A stretch of 64,000 nucleotides of DNA, taken from contig CDRNVI010000047.1 in NCBI GenBank assembly GCA_977017575.1, forward strand, positions 1 through 64,000, given 5' to 3'. The stretch is from Paramoeba atlantica. Taxonomy: Eukaryota; Protista; Discosea. Positions 55,741 through 64,000 of the stretch are shown here, one piece after another (position 1 is the first letter of the stretch; each line of letters opens with the position of its first letter). Made by a program: the position numbers and the translations under genes. The notes beneath the pieces are model-generated. The model did no database searches. It saw nothing but the letters and a program-made list of their open reading frames with translations, and was not told the DNA's origin.

Positions 55741-58700
55741 ATGTCAGTTCCTTCCTCGCGGGCGGCGCAACGTACGCCGTCGGAGAATCGGCAGACCACT
55801 GCAACTGTTAGGAGCACTGGCGTACAGGAGAACAACTTGAACTTCACCGAAGAAGCGAATAGACATGAGATTGGTTCATGGGACCAGTTCAAAGCCAACG
55901 ACAAACTCATTAAAGCAACCAGCAACTACGACGAACTCAAGTACACGACCTCCATTCCACAACATATACCCCAGCACTGGGCAGAGAAATCAGAGAAAGC
56001 CGCTCTCAGCATCGAGAAAAATCCAACCGCAGATACCGGCCAACACAAAGAGTACGGCGAAGAGGATACTTTCGCGAGTGTTCAAAGAAACAAAAGCTCA
56101 GATCAAGCTCTATCAGACCCCTCCGCATTTAAAATAAAGATCAGAAAAGAAAATACCACACATAAAAACAAAAAGCAAATTCCAAAGAAAGTCAAAGTTA
56201 TACTTCGCACTACCAACTCACCAGCTCATCAGCAAGCGAAGCATGCAGAAGCAGACATGTCACAGGACGAGCAAGACTCAAGTGACTCATGCACAAGTGG
56301 ACCAGACATCTCGGACGACGACATGCTGACTTTGACCGATCTCGCAGCAAGCACATTAAAGACCCCCGATCAGGTCGTGAAAATTATAAGCCAATGGGGA
56401 AAAGGATCTACCTGCGAAGTGCATTGGAAATTCAGACACTGCGATGAAGTCTTTCACTCTATCGGAGATGTTGTGTCACGCCATTCCCGGAAAGGCACAG
56501 TTAGGGTGAAGATATCCTACACACCGAAAAATGGTTCAGGTCCATCAGGATTTCTCTACCTACCCGCATCACACAAGATAAATATTTTTCGACTACGCGC
56601 AATAAAACTAAATCGTATCGCTACGCAATCGACACAGTTAGATCTGGGCGAAGTACAAGATTATGACGCAGGCGGCGACCTAGAACCACCCCCCTCCTTC
56701 ACCGACATAGACCCGACATTCGCATCCCACGTCGTAGCAATCTTTAGAGAGATCTTACGAGGATATCCCGCGCTGCATCTCGCATCAGAAAAAACCTCTG
56801 TCTGGCACAAATTTCTTAACGCACCACGTGATTCACTCGCTACTGTACGGCAAGCGATCCAGCGAAAGTACAGCAACCCGAAAACCAGATCAACACGCAA
56901 GGACGAGTTCCTCACCACACAAGATGAGAAAATAGAACGTGAGGCCGACCAACGCTCAATACGTTACGCGCTACGGACAGCTAGAGCTAGAAACTTGAGC
57001 AAAGCCACCCGCATCCTCGACAACATATATCTAGACACGAATCTCAGCATTGACGAAAAGGTAGCAAAGCTTAAGGATCTACACCCGGAGGGAGAACGTC
57101 CTAGTCTCACGTCAGCCCAATATCCACGAACCGGGATTATCGAAAAACACGAACTCCGAGCAGCAATTGAAAAGTTGGCCCCGGGAGCCTCCCCAGGCCC
57201 AACAGGTTTGAGCGAGGCTATGTTGCGTCTACTAGCAGATGACGAAGAATCTAGCACGGCTCTGTGTCATATGCTGCGAGACATGGTAAACGGAGACATC
57301 GCACCGTCGGTACGCGAAAGATTGACTCGATGCCGGCTCATGGCAATCAACAAACCAGAAAATGGAATAAGACCAATCGCAATCGGAGAAACTCTGCTAA
57401 AGATATGTGGGTCTATTCTATTAAACCGAAACGAAGAAAAACTCAAGAAATTCTTTGAGCCTGAGCAACGAGGAATTCTGCAAAAGAACGCCTGCGAAGG
57501 TATTGTCCACGAACTCATCGATGAATACGACAAGGGGCACGCCATTCTAACAGTTGACTACAAAAACGCATACAACACCCCTTCTCGTCAAGCAATATCT
57601 GAGGCACTAACTCACAACAACATCTTTAAACCATTTATGCGCATCGCAACGCTCCGACCCTTCCAAAGGTTTTTTGCGGCTGAATATTCCGAGCAATCTC
57701 AGCTTCTCTTCTACGGCAGCGAAGGTAAATTGGTCGACACAGTATCAAGTTCCTCAGGAGTAAAACAGGGATCGCCACTATCCACGCTGTATTTCTGCAC
57801 ATACCTACAACCTGTATTGGAAACCCTTGCAGAAGAATTTCCTGGCATCAACATACATGCGTACATCGACGATATCAATTTGACATCCGAAGATCCGAAT
57901 CAGCTCACGAACGCTTTTAAAAGGCTGAAGGCACTTGTCGCATCTAGCAATCTTGCACTATCGGCGCATAAATGTGTTTGGTTTGGTGGCATCCTCGGCA
58001 AGTCCATTCCAGAAGCTCTTCAAGCCGAAGGAGTACAAACCGAGAGCCAGGCCACTAAAGTACTGGGGGCTTTTATTGGAGAAGACGACGCCATCAGTCA
58101 AAAACTGCTCCAAAAGATCGGCAAACAAGAAGTAATATTCCGCAGGCTAAAGCTAATGGGCATGAGTAACGTATCCCTCATCCTTTTGACAAAAAGTGTG
58201 AACGTTCGTCAACAGTACTACATGAGGACACACAACCCCAAGGCCACGGATCAAACATGTAAACGTTTTGATAGCGAAATCGAGAGCGTACTTCAAACAT
58301 GGATGGGCCCATTGCAGACTAGACAAATTGACATAGCAAGGTTACCCCTGAAGAAAGGAGGACTTGGTCTCACGGCATGTCACCCAACGCGCGCGGCAGC
58401 TTATGAAGCTTCCCGACACGCAGCTTTTGAGCATATAAAATCTTTTTCAGCTCGAGTTGTGCCGTCACAGTTTCATAGCACTGAACACGCTGGGACAGCA
58501 AATGAACAAGAACTCGCTCGTCAAAAACCACCTACTGACGAAATTACCGCTGCAGCGAAACTTCATGAGGAAGCATGGAACAAACTCGTAAGCGATCCAC
58601 AAATGTCCGGGACGTTAAAAGCAACCTCCAATAAGGGGAGTTATGACTGGCTACTGTCCAATGTAAGATATGTACCACCGCACTTATTCGAGCTAGCAGT

Positions 58701-59397
58701 CATGCCCCGTCTTGGAGTACATCACCCGAGACTTCCTGATGCTATGACTTGCCCTGGATGCCGAACATTGATGGATGCAAACACTGCACTAACTCACATC
58801 CCCGGATGCGTGCAATGTACAGGTTTCAACGCCACAGCGAAGCACAACATGTTGACCAAGTTTCTGTATGATCTTTGCATGAAAGCTGGTATTCCATGCG
58901 AAAGAGAGCCGCGTTCTTTTAGCACGTGGAGTTGTCTAACATGCGGAAATACAGTCGACTACAACAATCAGCATCTCCACCACAAAACATGCGGAGGACG
59001 GCAGTTTCATCGCTCAGGCCCGGATCTTGCGATCTACTGGAACAGTGGCGTGGTGTTCTACGACCTAACTGTGGTGCACGAGCTCGCGCCTTCCCATCGG
59101 AATAAAAAGTGTTCCCAACTCGTGCGAGAAGCTATACAGCGGAAAAATGAAACATACGTCAATAGTGGCATGATTCCGGCGGAAGCTTTTGAGTGCCTTC
59201 CTGTCTTGTCCTGCGGGTCTTTACATAAGAGCACACGGGGCCTAATTAAATCACTGACGGATGTCTGCCTGTTGGATACCCAAAAAACCGAACAGGCATT
59301 CAAGTTGCTACTCCAAGAGCTGAACGGATCCGAAGTATACGCACAGCTCCGACATTTTTTGGAGCCTCAAGACTATCAGAAAAGCACTATTCTTTAA
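55741..59397 (+). CDS. Chimeric B/D polyprotein (LsmAD-like + RT + RLE)
   Basis: In-frame switch at KPFMRI|ATLRPFQRFF; RT motifs GVKQGSPLSTLYFC and AYIDD, and RSGPD, all retained. Confidence 0.85.
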   Translation: MSVPSSRAAQRTPSENRQTTATVRSTGVQENNLNFTEEANRHEIGSWDQFKANDKLIKATSNYDELKYTTSIPQHIPQHWAEKSEKAALSIEKNPTADTGQHKEYGEEDTFASVQRNKSSDQALSDPSAFKIKIRKENTTHKNKKQIPKKVKVILRTTNSPAHQQAKHAEADMSQDEQDSSDSCTSGPDISDDDMLTLTDLAASTLKTPDQVVKIISQWGKGSTCEVHWKFRHCDEVFHSIGDVVSRHSRKGTVRVKISYTPKNGSGPSGFLYLPASHKINIFRLRAIKLNRIATQSTQLDLGEVQDYDAGGDLEPPPSFTDIDPTFASHVVAIFREILRGYPALHLASEKTSVWHKFLNAPRDSLATVRQAIQRKYSNPKTRSTRKDEFLTTQDEKIEREADQRSIRYALRTARARNLSKATRILDNIYLDTNLSIDEKVAKLKDLHPEGERPSLTSAQYPRTGIIEKHELRAAIEKLAPGASPGPTGLSEAMLRLLADDEESSTALCHMLRDMVNGDIAPSVRERLTRCRLMAINKPENGIRPIAIGETLLKICGSILLNRNEEKLKKFFEPEQRGILQKNACEGIVHELIDEYDKGHAILTVDYKNAYNTPSRQAISEALTHNNIFKPFMRIATLRPFQRFFAAEYSEQSQLLFYGSEGKLVDTVSSSSGVKQGSPLSTLYFCTYLQPVLETLAEEFPGINIHAYIDDINLTSEDPNQLTNAFKRLKALVASSNLALSAHKCVWFGGILGKSIPEALQAEGVQTESQATKVLGAFIGEDDAISQKLLQKIGKQEVIFRRLKLMGMSNVSLILLTKSVNVRQQYYMRTHNPKATDQTCKRFDSEIESVLQTWMGPLQTRQIDIARLPLKKGGLGLTACHPTRAAAYEASRHAAFEHIKSFSARVVPSQFHSTEHAGTANEQELARQKPPTDEITAAAKLHEEAWNKLVSDPQMSGTLKATSNKGSYDWLLSNVRYVPPHLFELAVMPRLGVHHPRLPDAMTCPGCRTLMDANTALTHIPGCVQCTGFNATAKHNMLTKFLYDLCMKAGIPCEREPRSFSTWSCLTCGNTVDYNNQHLHHKTCGGRQFHRSGPDLAIYWNSGVVFYDLTVVHELAPSHRNKKCSQLVREAIQRKNETYVNSGMIPAEAFECLPVLSCGSLHKSTRGLIKSLTDVCLLDTQKTEQAFKLLLQELNGSEVYAQLRHFLEPQDYQKSTIL

Positions 59398-59678
59398 GAA
59401 ATCAAAAGTACAGAAAAGATACAAATTGGAATTATAAAGTCTGCGAAGAGATAGACAAAAATCAGCACTAAAAGTTTATGTAAACTTGAGAAAGTTCTTG
59501 GATATCATACGGACTAAACTGCATATTCAAATCATTCTAAATACAAGCGTACAATGCCCGCCGGCCATTTATCGGCGTATAAAAAAAAAAAAAAAAAAAA
59601 AAGTGTTCGCCGGTTCTGTGGGCGACGAGGGTGACTGTTGTGACTCCCGTTTGGGTAAGATTAGTGCGGGCGATGGAA
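57646..59678 (+). mobile_element. 5'-truncated D-type element with poly(A) and 76-nt 3' extension
   Basis: TSD GCGCATC 57639-57645 / 59679-59685; A-tail 59581-59602. Confidence 0.88.
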
Positions 59679-61386
59679 GCGCATCTTCAATTTGGAATAC
59701 GGAGAGCCTTCTGACCTACTTTTCTTCACCAACAACACACTCCATACAATAGTGAAAAGTTCCTCCGGAGTTCGGCAAGGCTCTGCCCTCTCGTCTCTAT
59801 ATTTTTGCGCCCTCATTCAAAACTCACTCAAAGAAATCGCGGAATCGTTCCCAGACGTTACAGTGCGCGCTTACATGGACGACATAACGCTATCATCAAC
59901 TAATCCCATATCCCTCCAAACGGCTTTCCTTCATTTACACGAGTCTTCAAAACTACTCGGTCTACATGTGAATTACAGCAAATGTGAATGGTTTCAGAAA
60001 GTGGATACCCCCTGTGCTCCTCAAATCCTGCAAACCATGGGAGTGGGACATCCTCAGACAGCAGTAAAAATCTTAGGCGCATACATCGGTCAGGATAGAA
60101 TGGTAAATGAATGCTTATTAAAGAAGTTCGACAAACATAAGTGCCTCTTCCGTCGCTTACGACTAATGGGACCAAGCAACCTCTCCTTAGCAATTCTGAA
60201 TCGCTGCACGATCCCCCGTCAGGACTACCATCTACGAGTCCACAAACCTGACGCCACTCTCGAACTAGCACAACGCTTTGATGCAGAGGTTACGAGTATC
60301 ATTGAACTTTGGTTTAATTCGACGGGCCCATCTACAACTCTAACAACTCTACCACAGTATCTTGGGGGACTCGGGCTCAAGCCGTCATGCTTGAAACAAA
60401 AGTACTTTTTCCTTGCCTCTCGCAAGGCCATTGAAGAGCAATCAAAATCCTACAACGCTCCGGTGGTCACTGCGGGATCCAAGCGAATCAGAACCAAAAG
60501 CGAACACGCCAACCTGACAAACGATACATCCAAGCGAATGGCCATGAAAGCGATCCGAGCCGAGCAAAAACGCACTGCGACCGAGCTCAAAAAGGATAAA
60601 CGCCTCAGCGAACTGATGGAACGAGGATCATCATCTTTTCAACATCTACATTCAACCAGCAATTACATAAATCCATATCTCTTCCGATTTTGTATAATGA
60701 TGCGCCTAGGAATCGTGCCCAACAATATGCCAAAAACAGTCGTGTGCCCAGGATGCCTGTCAGAACATACGTCCGACACGATATTTCAACATATACCTGG
60801 ATGCACGCAATGCTGTGGAATCAATGCGACAAAGAAACACACAAGATTAGTTCGTTTCTTAGGAGAACTGTGTGCCAAAGCAGGGTTAGCTCACGTTGTA
60901 GAGCCAAGAGTACATTCATCATTCTTCTGCACTAAATGTAAGGCAACAGTCTCTGACGAGCTCTCCGAAAATCACCCATGCAGAGCCAGGTGCATACGCT
61001 CCGGTCCCGACCTAGGCATTATGTGGTCTCATGCAGGAGAAATTCTCTACGACGTCACCGTTGTTCACAGTTGTGCCCCTAGCTACACCAAGTCCTCCAC
61101 AGAACAGTTAATGCAGAATGCTCTTGACCGTAAACACAAGAAATACGTCCTGCAAGGAGGAATTCCAGAAGAAAGTTTCAGCTGCTTGGCAATGACCGAA
61201 TTAGGGCAGCTACACAAAAACACGAAAACCCTTTTGTCTCTATTGGCCCAACGATCACAACAAGACGTTAAAGTCGTGAAAGAAGCCTTCCAGCTCGAGA
61301 TTGAGAAGATGAATGCATATACCATTGCAACGCAACTTCGAAAGTACGTTCCATCAGCACAATGGCTTGGCGGACTAAATCATTGA
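59679..61386 (+). pseudogene. Displaced 3' half of B ORF
   Basis: Identical in translation to the C-terminal 564 aa of ORF 28812..32417. Confidence 0.9.
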
Positions 61387-61399
61387 TCGACTCTAGTAC

Positions 61400-61436
<37 letters not shown>

Positions 61437-61928
61437 CAGTCCGCAAGTGGTCGTAGCAATGCTCTACTTGTTATTATTATTATTCTCATTTTATCCTAAC
61501 ACAAAGCTCGCTGCGACAACACTACCCACGCGACTCCATCCACTTTTCCTTCTCGTACCGCCTCTCTTCAACCTTCTCCTGATTGAAAATATGCTTTGCG
61601 AATTCCTCAAATTAAATTAAATATAATTTCATTAAAATTTTTGCCTATTGAAAATTACAATGCATTAGGAACAATCATACACATGCCCATTTGACTAATC
61701 AAATAAATTGATTGATCTCACAGTAGTCAACGAACTTGAATTTGAGATTTTGATTCACTTTTTTTTTTATAAAGAAAATGAGTATGTTAAAAAAAAAATG
61801 AGTATGTGCCCATTCTCATCAACTCCTACGGCGTCACACACGATGCGCCTCATGTTGTTTACTTGTACTTCAACGTTTCTCACCTGCGATGCCGATATCA
61901 CCATGGATGACGTACCGTAGTTTAGTAT

Positions 61929-63321
61929 CCAATCCAATCCAAAAGACCGACATATGTCGGTTAGAATGTTAAATGTTTTCCCCCCGAACTTATACTCCCT
62001 CGCCTTCCAATTCAGAGTTTAGTAGTGCCTACTATTTTACTTTCACACAATACTTTTCCTTTATCTTCCTGAACTCTTCCTCAGGGTATTCCGAACCTGC
62101 TGGTGGAAACACATCTTCCGCCCAACTCTTACTATGAAGGCGCCCTCTTTCCACCAGTTTTCGCAATCTTCCCGCACAGCGTGACTTTAGCCTCGGCGCC
62201 ACGCTTGGGTGCTGGATTGGTTTTCGTCTTTCCCTTTTCCAAGGTTCTATGTTTTATCAGCTTTTCCAAGGATTCGTCGATTTGTGATGCGTTGGAATCA
62301 TTACTTGTTTTTCTCTTTTTCTGCTCAGGCGGTCGAGGAACTTTTCGCGCTGCAATCAGTGCTAACCCATCTGCCTCGTCGTTCCATTTATTTCCTGAGT
62401 GACCCTTGACTTTGCACATATATATTGAGTACAAATCATGTTTTAAGGACCGTAATTTTCCGTCTAACTGGGAGAACAAATCTCCATTTAAAACTCCCTT
62501 GTAACCAACGATTCGCCGCCGATATCGAAGATTGTGAAAGAAGTCCCATAGATAGTAAGAGTCTGTATGAAACAGACAAGCGCATGGTTTTGACGGCAGT
62601 TGGAGAAGGGCATGCTGAAAAGCTAAGATCTCTACTCGCTCAATAGTGTCTGATTCCAATGGTATGGATATCCGTGAGGGTTCGCATCGTGGTTTTAGAA
62701 CTACGATACCTATGCCACTTCGAATCTCTTTCGTATTTTTCATCGGCAGAACAGAGCCATCGGTATAGATTTGTATGGCTTTATAGGCTGGAAAAGGCAC
62801 ATTTGATTCTTCAACGAACTGTAATTCTGAAGGACTTTTTCGTTTTTTAGCTTTGGCAAGAGCAGTTTTCCACTTTGCTGACCCAATTTTTTCGTATTCT
62901 ATGAGCGGTTCAAGTTCACGTCGCAATTTTTCTGTCAGACGATACCAGTGTTCACGGTCTGACGCAAATACCAATGCCTCTTCCAGTGTAATGTTAAGAT
63001 CCTTGAAGCAAGCCTCGCTTGGAGATAAATTGCGTGCATTCGGGCGTTGTTTCCACTGTACAAGCTCTTGAAAATCACTGGAGTGCCTCAGCATGTGCCC
63101 TACGAGCTTGGCCCTCTGAACCTTGTGTATAGTAGAAAAGCGCTCAGTTTCAAGATACAGAGAAGCATTCGGGTAGCTCATTCCGTATTCATCTAATCTG
63201 TTGCATTGGCAAACTATTCTTCTCATGTTGTTAACTTCAACGTCAATTCTTCGGAGCATGGATTTTGAAATAGAAAGTGCACCTGTCCCAAAGTTTAGCA
63301 CCGGATATACTATTGAATCGT
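61929..63321 (-). mobile_element. Duplicate of family F 3' part (RNase H), lacking the D insertion
   Basis: Near-identical to 32964..34223 and continues into the sequence found at 38724 onward. Confidence 0.88.
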
Positions 63322-64000
63322 TGTTGTTGTTCGTGTCAATCGTTCGACGCTGTTGTTGTGTTTTTTTTTTTTTTTTTAGTCTTACTGATGGGAATGTTCA
63401 CCCGCAGCCGGGCGAAAGAAAGGGGATTAGCTCCCGTTGTCCAACCGCTACCGCCCACACGCCGAAAGAAAAAGCCGGAGGAACAACCATCGGAAACCCG
63501 TGCCCCCCCACCACCGTCGTCGCCGCCGCCGCCACAACAACAACAGCCACCCCATTCAGCACCACGAAAGACACCCTCACAACGAACTTCTCCTCCGCCG
63601 CTGCCGCGATTGCCTTCTCTGCTGCGCACGCCGTCCGACACATCGCCGCGGGCGCAGATAACAACTCCGCCACTGCCTCGCCCACTCTCCCCCAATTTAG
63701 CTCACGAGGCATACGCGGCGGTAAATTCGTCACGATCGTCCTCAGTTCCTCGGCCGCACGAGCTGATCCACACAGCGACGCGGGCTCAGCCGTCCCGTCC
63801 ACCATTGCCGCGTCCACTCTCTCCCCCTCCCGCCCACAATTCTATCGCGCCAGCGAATCCGCATCCATCGCCCGAAAGCCAAAAAAGTAGCAGTTTGAAA
63901 ATTAAAATCACATCAACTCGAGATCTAATCAAAAGGCGGAGTGGAAAGATGCCAGAGCCAACCCAAAATCAGGCTCAAGCATTAATCAATCAAATGGCGG
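63322..64000 (+). mobile_element. 5' end of D-type element (ATG 63388, MGMFTRSRAKE), runs off window
   Basis: N-terminal motif shared with 34265; Pro/Ser-rich; reading frame may be disrupted. Confidence 0.75.

Larger units (their letters stand above)
55663..61806 (+). mobile_element. Second B-type copy (full SL) interrupted by a D-type insertion
   Basis: SL 55663..55701 plus extra CTTGTTG; matches 28780..32841 apart from insertion 57646..59678. Confidence 0.9.

Noticed and set aside
63201-63890. 229-aa ORF
   Set aside because: Crosses an antisense F fragment, a T-run and an off-frame D start; artefactual
1-64000. Host genes, tRNA, rRNA, CRISPR arrays
   Set aside because: All long ORFs are explained by retroelements; no tRNA, rRNA or repeat-spacer pattern recognised

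Overview
Eukaryotic DNA with no recognisable host protein-coding gene. It is probably euglenozoan or kinetoplastid-like, inferred from a 39-nt spliced-leader (SL)-like motif AATCTTTAACGATAAAGATACAGTTTCTGTACCTTGTTG and a VIPER/TATE-type element. The window opens with about 3.5 kb of a pure (CTCTTTCTTC)n repeat fused to a truncated retroelement, possibly a non-canonical chromosome end. The remaining about 60 kb is a nested retrotransposon pile of three classes. (i) Single-ORF RT + restriction-like endonuclease (RLE) non-LTR elements of two RT lineages, labelled here A/C (CRE-like, C2H2 fingers) and B/D; many start with the SL. (ii) APE-RT-RNase H LINEs (E and F; ingi-like 12-bp TSDs, microsatellite tails). 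(iii) One 4.3-kb tyrosine-recombinase (YR) retrotransposon with split direct repeats. Most nesting can be reconstructed from target-site duplications (TSDs). Top candidates for novelty: an Ataxin-2/Pbp1 LsmAD-like domain at the N-terminus of RLE elements from both RT lineages; SL exons fused to the 5' ends of several families; an SL-RNA-like minigene inside the YR element; a covarying pseudoknot in the A/C 3'UTRs; an 11.4-kb multi-element insertion bounded by one TSD; and the purine-only terminal repeat. All family and domain calls come from motif recognition by eye; no database searches were run.
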